IMG/VR virus record: IMGVR_UViG_3300006735_000025
Coordinates: 1-64,000 of that record
DNA: 64,000 bases
Reading direction: 5' to 3' (one strand)
Source: a virus
Made by a program: the position numbers and the translations under genes. Shown one piece after another: positions 28,920 through 39,153 of this stretch. Each line of letters opens with the position of its first letter. Position 1 is the stretch's first letter. The notes beneath the pieces were generated by a model, which saw only the letters and a list, made by a program, of their open reading frames with translations, was not told the DNA's origin and searched no databases.

Positions 28920-30630
28920 CTAGTGTTGGTAATGTTATAAATGGTAATTCAGTATAATCTTTATCTATTATTATAGGTTTAATATTAAATAGTACATTAG
29001 TATGTGGGTAGTGAGCTCCATTAACAAATGGGTAGTCTACACCGTTGGTTTCCGACTCATAAAACCCAATAGGTAATATTTCTCGCCACCTAAAAAGACC
29101 TTCGTACATAGAAAATGTTGAGTATTCTGAAACGTATTCGTAATTTTTATGAACATTTATAGCCTCTGATTGTTTTCTTATTGGTACCCTATGGTGTGGT
29201 TGGTAGTAGTATCCTCCTTTTATTTCTTCACCTGGACCACCATCTCTATCATAAAAAGAAAACCCATCTGTGTCTACACTATTAAAAGTTAATTTATGAT
29301 AAGCTTCTGACAATACTCTTTCTTTCAATTCCCACTCATTATACTCAACAAAAGCACCAGCAAATGTATCACCACTCTGTGGTAAATTCCAAGGTGTTGT
29401 TAAATTAGCTTCTATATTATTATTAGGGTAAGGGTCCACAACACCATTTGGTACAAAATTCCAATCCCAACCAATACCTACAGGGGAACCTTCCTTACTT
29501 TTCCACAATCTTGTTTCATTAACAACAAAAACACTAACATATAAATCCATTAAAGGTCTTCCTAGATTGTCAGAATAGTCACTAATATCTAAATCGTTAT
29601 TAAAATTCCATAAAAAAGAAGGGTATTCTTCTTTTACAACAACATGCCCTACACCATTAGGTGGTGATTTAACAGCTGGGAAATTTTTTTGTTTTCTAGA
29701 GTGTATTCCCAACTCAAAACCTGTTTTATCTAGGTTGTAATCTTTTGGTTTAGTTAATATTTCATGTGAATGTACATAGTATTGGGATAGGGTTTCTTCT
29801 ATGTTTTCTGGGTCTATTAACCTTTTAAATACACCCATATCAAAATCTGTAATTGTTACACTACTATCTTGTAACAAAATGTTAAATATCTTTTTTTCAC
29901 TATCTAAACTACCATCACCAAAAGAAAATACTGGTAATGTTGTTGTATTATTTAAAGTATTAATAATATTAGTTGGTCCTATTGGTTGTATGTTTACGTT
30001 TGATTGTAGTACTATATGTTCTGTTTCTAATAATCCATGTTCTACAGCACATATAAATTGTACTGCTTTTTTACCTTGTATTTCAACATTTTTACAATAA
30101 AAAGGTATTCCATCACCAGATGTGTATTCGATACCAATATAATTAGAAGGGGTAAATATTCTATACTCCATAGGGTAATTATCTATTGAGCTTTTAATAT
30201 AAGATTCGTATATAACCCAATTATTTTGGTACGCGTTAATTTCAACATAATTGTGAGCCGAAGTTAAAGCTGTGGAAGGAATAAAACTAAAAAATTGATT
30301 TGCTGGGTACCCACAAGCAACCGTATCAGCTGATGTAGATGGTACTGGGTCATAATACAACCCTACACCTATAAATGGACCTAAGTCGTAACTGCACCCA
30401 CTAATTATATTTTGTGTTATAGGATTTATTTTACCGTATAGTCTATATGTCGTACTTTCTTCCCTTTCTCTAAAATACTGGTCTTCTAAATTTAACACTA
30501 GGTTTCTATTTCCTTGTATTAAAGTTTTATTAGAAGACTCTAAAGTATATGGCACCCTTAGGTTATTATCTTGTGCACCTACGTATCTTTGTGAACCCCT
30601 AACTATTCTTAAAATTTCATTATTTCTCAT
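28906..30630 (-). CDS. Putative baseplate/structural protein (574 aa)
   Basis: Long ORF in the operon downstream of the gp6-like wedge gene. Confidence 0.5.
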   Translation of the reverse strand: MRNNEILRIVRGSQRYVGAQDNNLRVPYTLESSNKTLIQGNRNLVLNLEDQYFREREESTTYRLYGKINPITQNIISGCSYDLGPFIGVGLYYDPVPSTSADTVACGYPANQFFSFIPSTALTSAHNYVEINAYQNNWVIYESYIKSSIDNYPMEYRIFTPSNYIGIEYTSGDGIPFYCKNVEIQGKKAVQFICAVEHGLLETEHIVLQSNVNIQPIGPTNIINTLNNTTTLPVFSFGDGSLDSEKKIFNILLQDSSVTITDFDMGVFKRLIDPENIEETLSQYYVHSHEILTKPKDYNLDKTGFELGIHSRKQKNFPAVKSPPNGVGHVVVKEEYPSFLWNFNNDLDISDYSDNLGRPLMDLYVSVFVVNETRLWKSKEGSPVGIGWDWNFVPNGVVDPYPNNNIEANLTTPWNLPQSGDTFAGAFVEYNEWELKERVLSEAYHKLTFNSVDTDGFSFYDRDGGPGEEIKGGYYYQPHHRVPIRKQSEAINVHKNYEYVSEYSTFSMYEGLFRWREILPIGFYESETNGVDYPFVNGAHYPHTNVLFNIKPIIIDKDYTELPFITLPTLDDCE

Positions 30631-33600
30631 CTATAAATAAATTTCATCATCATTTTGTAATGGTATATACTTTTTAGCGTATAAATCATAAGAAGTACCA
30701 CCGGGTTTTAATCCAAAATAAAAATGATAACCAGTACCTAAAGCCACTTGAGTTGTACTTTGGTCTGAAGTTATTGGTGTGGTTGGGAAACCCCATGAAC
30801 TTCTATTTTGGAAATCTCCGCTAACTATTTCACCATCTAATGTCATAAAATCACCGAACTCCCACCTGTTAATACCACCATAACCTGGACCTTGTTTATC
30901 CCATTTATAAAATGGTACTACTTGTGAAGTGTTAGATAAAAAGATATTTAAACAATCTCTAATTTCTTGACCAGACTGATTACTTGTTGTCGCTGTTGTT
31001 AAACCTACAGTTAATTGTACAGAATCATTTTGACTTACCCAAGGAATTGTAACCGACCTATCTTCCCAATAATTTTGTCCTTCTGGTAAGAAAGCCGCTG
31101 ACCATTGTGCTGAACCATATGAGTGGAAACTATTGGCCCAAATTGCGGTTTGCCACATAGTTTGTGGACCTCCCTGATTAGGTGTTGCTGAACCTGGTGG
31201 AGCATAATCCCAGTTTAAATTATCCGCTGTCCAAAATATAGTACCTGGAGGTATGTTTGGGTTTGCGTTTGGAAAACCTTGGTTATCTGGGTCATATGGT
31301 GTTGTAACATCAGCACCAAATAAGTAAATACTCCTATCGTCTGGAGATTCATACTCTACAGTACCAACCTCGTTAAATTGGGATAGTATGGATGCCATAC
31401 CACCATTAAGTTCTCTTCTTCTACCGTCACCAGCAAACCAACCTGAACTTTCACTCCTCCTAAATGGTGTTCTTAAGTTTATAAGGTTCCACAACCCAAA
31501 ATTAGCATCTACAATACCGTTTATAGCGTCAAACATAAAATCACCTGGTGGTGTAAATGATGTTACACCCAAATCGTTAGCTATTGAACAACCTTCAGCC
31601 ATACCACCGGTTTCTGCACATATCTCGTCAATATTTTCAATTAGTGGACCTAAATCCATTATAGTCGTAGGTGCTAATATGTTGGCTTCGTTAGCTCCTG
31701 CTGCTGGAGTAACACTAGTAATATCCCTTATTATTGATAATACACCCACTGGACTTAGTAAATTCCAAGCGTTAAATGAATGTGCGTCGTATGCTGCTGC
31801 CCCTTGAAATGCTCCGGTATTAGTGATTGGGTTGTATTCGTAAGGTGTGCACCTATAATAAAACTGTCTTGAGTCTGGGTGAAACACTATTAGGTCGTTA
31901 CACATTTTTACTTTGAATCCAGTACTTGAGTCACTATCAGGTTTTATTTTACCTTTGAATTGGAAGGCGTATAGGAATCCTGTGACCCAGTTATTACTAA
32001 AAAAGTAATTCATTAATCCATCACACATAGACCTAAATAAGTTTTCTCTTTTTCTCCAATCAGCAATTGCAGAAACAGGACCTGGGTCGCCAGCAATTAA
32101 ATCACCTAGTGCACTTAAAATATTATCCCAAGCTATATTATAACAACCATCTTCTAAACCAACACCCGGTTGAGTTGGTCCTTGACAATCTATGTAATCT
32201 TCATTCCCACCACCATCTGGGTCGTCATCACAATTACCATCACAACCTGGTATACAACCACCACCTCCTGCGGTAGAAAAACAACCACATTTTTCACATT
32301 CTGGGTATTTAGTGACTCTTAGATGTAAACACCCAAATATACTACTACAACTAAAGGCTGATTGGAATGACACTTTAGTACATATACAATCAGTACACAA
32401 ACAATATGAAGATACAGAACTTCCCCACTTTAAACTATAAACAACTCTACATATTACACACATAAATCCGTTTATAATACCCATAATTACACCTATAATG
32501 GCACCAATTATATCAATAACGGTACATACAAATACCATAAGAAAATATAATGCGGTATATATACCTTGTAAAAATCTAGTAATAAACTGATTCATTACTA
32601 TCGCAAAATTTACATTTTTGTTTGCTGTGTTTACCGGAAATTTAACAGCTTGACCACCACAATCATCTTCTTCTCTAGGTACTATTTCTTTTACACCTAT
32701 AAAAGAATCTTTAGGTCTAGCTTTCCATTTGTTATGGAATTGAGAAACAGCATAAGCCCTACCATAGTTAAACTCATAAAATACATCCTTACAGGCAATA
32801 ATTTCACCCATATTAATAGAAGCTTCAGCATACTTAAAATAATCTATACCAAAGTAATAAGTTGCTTTTGCAATATTTTTTATGTTTGATATAAAGGTAC
32901 CACCACCTGGTACAGGTATATTAAAGTCTACCGATAAATTGGTGTAATATTCTTTTATTTGAGGCACTAAAAATGCCGCTCTTTTTCTTTGTCTTGCACT
33001 ACCTGTGGTTTGTAGTGGTTTTATTCTAAACCTATATTTTCCTTTTGTTGGTATTCCCACTGTTGGGTCTGGGGATATTTCTCTTTCACCAAATTCGTTT
33101 GTTATAACATAATCTAGATTCATAGGTACATTAATTAAAAACGCACCATTATCATCTATTGTAAACCCACCATTAATATCAAATCTTTCTAAAACTGGTA
33201 TTTCCTCGATTACACCAGGATTTTGGGTAAATCCTGTTGGTCTAGCTTCCATTTTCCAAAAAGGTGTAAACCTTACTGACTCTATTGTTCCAGCTTGTGG
33301 TGTTAAACTACACAACTCACCCATTTGTCTTCTAGGTTTACAATTTTTGTTTACTGAATTTTTTTCTGTGTCGGAAGCTAAAGACCCCATAAATGGTGAG
33401 GTAGGTTTTATTTCTATAGCTCCAGCTTCTCTTAAATCAAAATCTGCTCTAGTAATCGATGCTCCACAACCTGATTCGTCATCACCCCATAATGGTCTAA
33501 CATCTATAGATTTGGACATCATTATAATTTGTGGTAACGAATCTAAATTAGAACCTGTTTTAAATGAAGCTCCATTAAAATCACTTTCTGAAAATCCCTG

Positions 33601-34158
33601 TAATTTAAAATCTTCAGGTACCATAGAAAAACAACCAATATCTGATAAATCTACATTCATGATTAATGATTGTTCACCTAATGGTGCTCCATAAATCATA
33701 AAATCACCAGCATCATTAGTTTTAGCTGTGTATTTATAATATTTTTTATAAACATAACTAACGGTTGGTGTTAAAAGAATTTCATCTACATCTGGAAAAC
33801 TACCCGTTGGTAGGTGTCCTGTATAACTTGGTGAGGTAGGTAATAAATTATATCTATAACCAGCTTCATTTCTAGAATTTTGTGTTTTATAGGGGTAAAG
33901 TGCTTTTACTTTTGGGTTTTGTTCGTCAGTCTCATCTAGTGGTATAAAAATAGATATTTTAGCATTTGGTAATCCGAAACCACCATTTATTATAACTCTA
34001 CCACAAACAACACCGAACTCTGAACAGTCTTTTGGGTATACATCAGTTTGGTGTAAATTTAAACTTAAAATTTCTAATAAATCAAAATCTTGGTTTAGGT
34101 CAAAGGTTACTTCTTTGTCAACACCTATTTCAGTTCTTATTCTTAATTTTTTTAGCAT
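30631..34158 (-). CDS. Large baseplate-associated protein with a central hydrophobic segment and Cys-rich region (1175 aa)
   Basis: N-terminal GVVCGRV...PNAKISIF prealbumin/Ig-like segment; a roughly 40-aa hydrophobic stretch; directly follows the gp6-like gene. Confidence 0.55.
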   Translation of the reverse strand: MLKKLRIRTEIGVDKEVTFDLNQDFDLLEILSLNLHQTDVYPKDCSEFGVVCGRVIINGGFGLPNAKISIFIPLDETDEQNPKVKALYPYKTQNSRNEAGYRYNLLPTSPSYTGHLPTGSFPDVDEILLTPTVSYVYKKYYKYTAKTNDAGDFMIYGAPLGEQSLIMNVDLSDIGCFSMVPEDFKLQGFSESDFNGASFKTGSNLDSLPQIIMMSKSIDVRPLWGDDESGCGASITRADFDLREAGAIEIKPTSPFMGSLASDTEKNSVNKNCKPRRQMGELCSLTPQAGTIESVRFTPFWKMEARPTGFTQNPGVIEEIPVLERFDINGGFTIDDNGAFLINVPMNLDYVITNEFGEREISPDPTVGIPTKGKYRFRIKPLQTTGSARQRKRAAFLVPQIKEYYTNLSVDFNIPVPGGGTFISNIKNIAKATYYFGIDYFKYAEASINMGEIIACKDVFYEFNYGRAYAVSQFHNKWKARPKDSFIGVKEIVPREEDDCGGQAVKFPVNTANKNVNFAIVMNQFITRFLQGIYTALYFLMVFVCTVIDIIGAIIGVIMGIINGFMCVICRVVYSLKWGSSVSSYCLCTDCICTKVSFQSAFSCSSIFGCLHLRVTKYPECEKCGCFSTAGGGGCIPGCDGNCDDDPDGGGNEDYIDCQGPTQPGVGLEDGCYNIAWDNILSALGDLIAGDPGPVSAIADWRKRENLFRSMCDGLMNYFFSNNWVTGFLYAFQFKGKIKPDSDSSTGFKVKMCNDLIVFHPDSRQFYYRCTPYEYNPITNTGAFQGAAAYDAHSFNAWNLLSPVGVLSIIRDITSVTPAAGANEANILAPTTIMDLGPLIENIDEICAETGGMAEGCSIANDLGVTSFTPPGDFMFDAINGIVDANFGLWNLINLRTPFRRSESSGWFAGDGRRRELNGGMASILSQFNEVGTVEYESPDDRSIYLFGADVTTPYDPDNQGFPNANPNIPPGTIFWTADNLNWDYAPPGSATPNQGGPQTMWQTAIWANSFHSYGSAQWSAAFLPEGQNYWEDRSVTIPWVSQNDSVQLTVGLTTATTSNQSGQEIRDCLNIFLSNTSQVVPFYKWDKQGPGYGGINRWEFGDFMTLDGEIVSGDFQNRSSWGFPTTPITSDQSTTQVALGTGYHFYFGLKPGGTSYDLYAKKYIPLQNDDEIYL

Positions 34159-34231
34159 TAGATGAGTTTATATGATAAATACTTCTTATTGTAAAATCAA
34201 AAATACACTTTCAAACAAATTATGTAAATAA

Positions 34232-36088
34232 TTAGGAGAAGTTTGGTCTATCTATTTGTTTTACTCTAACACGTATATCAACATCTGGATATCTAATTTG
34301 TGGCATTTCGTCAGGTAAAAAGAATAATGTTTGGTCTACTAGATTTATTCTATTATTATTTGGGTTTGTTGATGATATAGCCATATATGGTTGTGAAGTT
34401 TGTGAATCAGAGTAAGTACCCCCAAACTCATTTAAAACTCTAATGTCTATAACATTTAAAACACCTGGTTGTTCAGATACTTTACCGTATAATTGACTTA
34501 AACTAATAGTTTCACCTAACTCATTCGAGTCTATGTTAAAGAAATCTTTAACTGTACTAATAACATTACCTACAACTTGACTTTGATTTACATCATTTGT
34601 TATAACAACATCCACATCTAAACTAATATCAATAACTTTTGCCGATGTAACTTCTATATAATCATTTAACATCCTATAATTAGAAAGGTATTCAGCTATA
34701 TTATTTTTAAGTGAGGAACTTACGTTTGATGTTAATGAACCTTCTGGTGAATAAGATAGTAGACTAACTTTTACTTTATTTTCTACTTCTGTAACACCAA
34801 CTTTTGCTGCAGCTCCAAAATGAGCCGGCATAGTCCTAATTCTAGCTACATAATCATTTATAGTTACAGCTCTATTCTGTGCTGCAAAATTAAAAGTTAC
34901 GTAATTTCTAACTTCTTCAGTCGACATTTGGTCATCACCACCTATTGCTGATGTTACATTAGTAACTTGTAAACTATTGGATACGCTACTGTTTATTAAA
35001 GACACTGGACCGGATACAACAAAATCTATAACACCTAAAGAATTTATAGCTCCAGCACCTAAATTTGAAGCTTTACCACCACCGACTCTATATTGTATAA
35101 AAAGTGTAGTATTTCCTTTAACAGCTGAACCTAAAGAAATATTATTCATAAATTTATTTAGGTTAACATTAACACCATACTTTGAAAATTCGTCTAATAG
35201 GTTTTGTGACCTGTTATTACCACTACCAAACGTTAAAAAAAAGAAACCTTCAGGTGTAAATTCACTAACAAATCTTGTATCGGTACTAATATATTTTCCA
35301 ACCTTCATACCTGGTTCGTCAGCGGGAGTACTAGGGTCTATTTCAAAAATTTCAGATTCAGCTAACGCTTGTACTTCATACCATTTATTGTCATTAGCTG
35401 TTATAAACTCTAGTGATGAAGGTAATGTTGTATAACCTAAACCTTCTTTTTGTATTACGGATGTAACCCCTAATACGTTTCTTTCTGGTAAAAATAATTT
35501 AAAGAATGGCTTACTGTCTATATCTGTTATTTCTTTTTTAAATATTTTAGTGACTCCGTTTACTACAACTTCTCTTTTAGTTATTGTGTAATTTTGTATA
35601 ACACCATTAGCGTTTAAATTAGGAATTTTTGTCCTGTTTACAACACCTTCAACATTATAGGGTGAAGAAAAATCACAATCATTTGATAGTTCAAATACTT
35701 GACCACCACCTCTTACTTGAGCCCCTCTTCTTAAAAAACCTAAATAACGAGCATCTTCTTTATCCCCTCTAGCTGGTACTACTATTGAGAAGTCACATAA
35801 AGTTATAGATGGTCTATTTCCTGGTATTTTTAAACCGTAAGTTCTAGCTATATTAAAAATAGAACTTCTTTCTTGTGCAAAATTTAATACTGTTTCCTGT
35901 AAACTTCTATCAATATTAAAATGTAAGTTATCAGCTACTGCCGCATTTAAATCTAAAAAAACTGAATATATTGACGAATCGTTAGCGTTTTTAATTAGGT
36001 CTGGATAGTATATATTAGTTAATCTTAGTAGTTCATTTCTTAAACCTAGAAAATCTCTTTCTGTGTAAGCTATTTTTTTCTCTGCCAT
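34232..36088 (-). CDS. Baseplate wedge subunit (T4 gp6 / baseplate J-like)
   Basis: YTERDF...L at the N-terminus, YRVGGG, and AQNRAVTINDY, all typical of gp6/BplJ; adjacent to a gp25-like gene. Confidence 0.88.
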   Translation of the reverse strand: MAEKKIAYTERDFLGLRNELLRLTNIYYPDLIKNANDSSIYSVFLDLNAAVADNLHFNIDRSLQETVLNFAQERSSIFNIARTYGLKIPGNRPSITLCDFSIVVPARGDKEDARYLGFLRRGAQVRGGGQVFELSNDCDFSSPYNVEGVVNRTKIPNLNANGVIQNYTITKREVVVNGVTKIFKKEITDIDSKPFFKLFLPERNVLGVTSVIQKEGLGYTTLPSSLEFITANDNKWYEVQALAESEIFEIDPSTPADEPGMKVGKYISTDTRFVSEFTPEGFFFLTFGSGNNRSQNLLDEFSKYGVNVNLNKFMNNISLGSAVKGNTTLFIQYRVGGGKASNLGAGAINSLGVIDFVVSGPVSLINSSVSNSLQVTNVTSAIGGDDQMSTEEVRNYVTFNFAAQNRAVTINDYVARIRTMPAHFGAAAKVGVTEVENKVKVSLLSYSPEGSLTSNVSSSLKNNIAEYLSNYRMLNDYIEVTSAKVIDISLDVDVVITNDVNQSQVVGNVISTVKDFFNIDSNELGETISLSQLYGKVSEQPGVLNVIDIRVLNEFGGTYSDSQTSQPYMAISSTNPNNNRINLVDQTLFFLPDEMPQIRYPDVDIRVRVKQIDRPNFS

Positions 36089-36089
36089 A

Positions 36090-36596
36090 TTATAAATTTA
36101 TAATAATAAAGTCTCTAGTACCAAAGACATCATCTTTTATGCTATAATCAATAAAGATTTTAGCTGTATATTCTTCCGTACCATCACCAGCAACCCTATA
36201 AATCCTATCATCTAAATCGGTATCTATTTCACTAGCTTTAGAAGCTATAGATGGGTGATTGGAATCATTAATATTTTTTTCGTTTTTCCTAACATCTTCT
36301 AAATTTTCGATTTTTATTTCATTTACTATAATATTAGGTACGTATTTTTTTATGACATCCCTAAGTTCGGAATCTATAGCTTGGAAAGTAGTACTGTCTA
36401 GTGGTTCAAAAATATATTCATATAGTCTTGTACCAAAATCTGGTAAAAAGTATCTAGAACCTTTTCTTGTTAATATAAGGTGTATTAAATCAGCTTTTGT
36501 CTCTTCCGCGACTGTGGTTGTTGTTTTTAAAAAAAATCCACTATCACTGTCTTGAAAGGGAAAAGCTATACCATATCTTTCTCTAGCTATTGTCAT
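36090..36596 (-). CDS. Baseplate wedge subunit (T4 gp25 / GPW-like)
   Basis: GIAFPF...LILTRKGSRYFLPDFGTRLYEYIFEP signature. Confidence 0.9.
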   Translation of the reverse strand: MTIARERYGIAFPFQDSDSGFFLKTTTTVAEETKADLIHLILTRKGSRYFLPDFGTRLYEYIFEPLDSTTFQAIDSELRDVIKKYVPNIIVNEIKIENLEDVRKNEKNINDSNHPSIASKASEIDTDLDDRIYRVAGDGTEEYTAKIFIDYSIKDDVFGTRDFIIINL

Positions 36597-36620
36597 ATTA
36601 AATAAATACTATAGTTTAGA

Positions 36621-36830
36621 TTATCTATTAACTCTTTGAAACATCCCCTCTAGAATTTCTTCTATTGCTGATATTACGGCGTACTCGTCATTACCCCAGT
36701 TAGATTTATGACGTTCGATAAGTCTTTCAACAATATATTTAACATCCTTGTCTAGTAATTCCCATTTTCTATCATCTTGGGGTTGCCAATACGACTCTTC
36801 TCTTAATATTTTTTTAATCAGGTTTTTCAT
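36621..36830 (-). CDS. Small protein with an LIKKILREE leader (69 aa; start re-called to 36830)
   Basis: The ATG at 36830 is preceded by TATTTATA (36844-36837). MKNLIKKILREE resembles the leaders of the 60-63 kb genes. Confidence 0.6.
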   Translation of the reverse strand: MKNLIKKILREESYWQPQDDRKWELLDKDVKYIVERLIERHKSNWGNDEYAVISAIEEILEGMFQRVNR

Positions 36831-37053
36831 TATTAATATAAATATCACTTCTAAGTTCTTTATTTAACTTAAGGTGTGATGGCCAAAAAGGACAGTGTCT
36901 ACAACCACTACCACAACAACTACCTCTTTTTATATGATACTCCTCTGTCATTACCATAGTACCATTTTCCCAATAAAAATCTTTTGGTTGTAATTTTGGT
37001 TTTAAAAATTCTTTATAGTGTAGTTCACTAATCCAATCATCATTTCTTTTCAT
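36814..37053 (-). CDS. DUF5522-like small Cys-rich protein
   Basis: TEEYHIKRGSCCGSGCRHCPF motif. Confidence 0.75.
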   Translation of the reverse strand: MKRNDDWISELHYKEFLKPKLQPKDFYWENGTMVMTEEYHIKRGSCCGSGCRHCPFWPSHLKLNKELRSDIYINNEKPD

Positions 37054-37234
37054 TATCTATCTCTTTTATTTCTTCTTTGTGTCCACAGTATGGACATGTT
37101 ATTAACATAGATACCTTTTTTTCATTTTCTGGTACATTATTAGAAAACAAATGGTAGTCAGCAATTGACCACCATTTGTTACATTTACCACAATTAAAGT
37201 GATATAATATTTCTTTACTAAATTTGTGTTTCAC
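37040..37234 (-). CDS. Small zinc-ribbon protein
   Basis: CGKC...CPYC pairs; overlaps the nrdJ stop and the next gene's start. Confidence 0.65.
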   Translation of the reverse strand: MKHKFSKEILYHFNCGKCNKWWSIADYHLFSNNVPENEKKVSMLITCPYCGHKEEIKEIDNEKK

Positions 37235-39137
37235 TTAGTTCAGTTTCTTTTCCATTTTTTTCTAAAGATTTTAAATCGACATCAATTTCACATTGACCAC
37301 CTGAACAAGCTAATTCACCAGATAAATCTGTATTATCATCTAACTCCACAACTTTAGTTAAGTCTACATTAGTTAATGATTTCATCATTTCTTCATATTT
37401 TTCTTTAGTAATATCCTCAAATGGTGCCTGAGTATATGTACCACCATTATAAGGTAGTACAGATAATCCATTATAATGTTTTCTATTTTCCCACATCCAT
37501 TCACCAGCTGAATCCCATTCGTTTTCTCTTAATGAAATAGTTGCTGATACGTTGTGTGAGTTTGAACCTTTTCTGTGCCCACTTCTAACCCACTCTGTAG
37601 CAATTTTTTTAACTCTCTCTAACAAATCAAAAGGAGATTCCGTTCTCATAATTGCACCTTTTGGGGCTTTTTGTGGGACAGATATTACTGCGGTATCATG
37701 TGGTCTAAAATATTCATCTTCAACCAATTCTGGGTGGTTTAATTTTAAGTAAGTATAAATAGCTTCATTCTTACCAACTCTAACTCTTCTAATATAATAA
37801 TCATTATGCCATGCATGAATACCTGATGATGTACCTAGAGTTAATGAAGTTGTACCAGCTGGTTTAACTGTTGTTGTTCTAGCTGCTGCATTTATACCTA
37901 GTAATTTAGAAACTCTTGTGTTTTCTCTTTTAACTAAACTTGCAGCTTTTTTAGTGTCATAATTAAGTACTTTACCAGAACCAATCCCAGTCATAGACAC
38001 ACCAATAAGAGCATCTTTTTCTGTAGTTTCTCTCCAAACGTCTCTTAAATAATGAAATGAAGTGTATCCAGCTTGTAACGTCCCGATAAAAGCCGCGACT
38101 TTAACTCTTTCATTTAGGTCTTCTTGTGATTCGATGTTTGAAACGTTCACTTCACAAAGGTTACAGAACTGATATGGTCTTAATGCTATTTCACAACACG
38201 GATTGGTTCCCCAATCTTTATCATTGTTCAGATAGATTCCTGGTTCACCAGAATTAGATAATTCAACTCTTTTCCACAAGTCCATAAAAAACTCTTTGGT
38301 TATTTTATGTCTCATTAATACAGCAGAGTTATTAGCCCTACCTCTTTGTGGGTTTAATTCCCACCAATTACCAGCTTTACAACCAATCATAAGGTCATCA
38401 TCAGCTGAAAATAAACTAATTAAAGCAGCTCTTCTAATGCCTCCAGCTAATACCGCATCAGCTATGTAACAAACTATATCATGAACTTCAATTGTTGTAA
38501 GTCGTTCACCATTTTCTTTACCAGATAAAATACCTTCAACTTTAACTAAACATTCTTTAAGAGGTTGTGGTCCAGGAGCTTTTCCTCCTGACGTTATTAA
38601 CCTTGCTCCCTTTGCTCTAATATCAGAATAATCAAATTCTATTCTAGAACCACCACCATTCATATAGGATTTCATAAGAACTTTAATAGAATCTGCCCAC
38701 CCTTCAATTGAATCTCCAATTAAAAATCTTCTTTTTCTTTTTGGGTATGGTTTTTGTATAACTGGTAATTTTGCTACATGGTGTTTTTGGACCGAATATC
38801 CAACACCAGTTCCACCTAGTAATAGGAACATACATTCACTAAATGAATCAATATGGTCAATTGGCATGTACGCACAATTATAAATTCTATTTGGAGATAT
38901 CTCAATCGGTTTACCACCGAATTGCATTGACCTCATAGATGGTAATACTTTTTTATCATAAACTAGTTTGTATTTATCCTCTATTTCATTTTTTAAATTT
39001 GGGTATTTTTTAATGTGCATATTTTTATTCCTAGTAACTAACTCTTCCCAAGTTTCTCGTCTTTCTAGTTCTGGTAGATATTTTGCGTACTTCATGTAGA
39101 CAGTAATATCCGATAAAATTTTGTTCGAAATTTCCAT
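37218..39137 (-). CDS. nrdJ: Class II (adenosylcobalamin-dependent) ribonucleotide reductase, monomeric RTPR type
   Basis: YNCAY, GTGVG, TNPCCEI (N-x-C-x-E), KPAGTTS, and a C-terminal cysteine pair ACSGGQCE; no beta-subunit gene nearby. Confidence 0.92.
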   Translation of the reverse strand: MEISNKILSDITVYMKYAKYLPELERRETWEELVTRNKNMHIKKYPNLKNEIEDKYKLVYDKKVLPSMRSMQFGGKPIEISPNRIYNCAYMPIDHIDSFSECMFLLLGGTGVGYSVQKHHVAKLPVIQKPYPKRKRRFLIGDSIEGWADSIKVLMKSYMNGGGSRIEFDYSDIRAKGARLITSGGKAPGPQPLKECLVKVEGILSGKENGERLTTIEVHDIVCYIADAVLAGGIRRAALISLFSADDDLMIGCKAGNWWELNPQRGRANNSAVLMRHKITKEFFMDLWKRVELSNSGEPGIYLNNDKDWGTNPCCEIALRPYQFCNLCEVNVSNIESQEDLNERVKVAAFIGTLQAGYTSFHYLRDVWRETTEKDALIGVSMTGIGSGKVLNYDTKKAASLVKRENTRVSKLLGINAAARTTTVKPAGTTSLTLGTSSGIHAWHNDYYIRRVRVGKNEAIYTYLKLNHPELVEDEYFRPHDTAVISVPQKAPKGAIMRTESPFDLLERVKKIATEWVRSGHRKGSNSHNVSATISLRENEWDSAGEWMWENRKHYNGLSVLPYNGGTYTQAPFEDITKEKYEEMMKSLTNVDLTKVVELDDNTDLSGELACSGGQCEIDVDLKSLEKNGKETELSETQI

Positions 39138-39153
39138 ATTTTTTATTTTTATT

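Noticed and set aside
34159-34231. tRNA or structured RNA in the larger intergenic gaps (also 5858-5918, 59381-59495, 59985-60081)
   Set aside because: These gaps are very AT-rich with no cloverleaf or T-loop motif; the only stems found are terminators.
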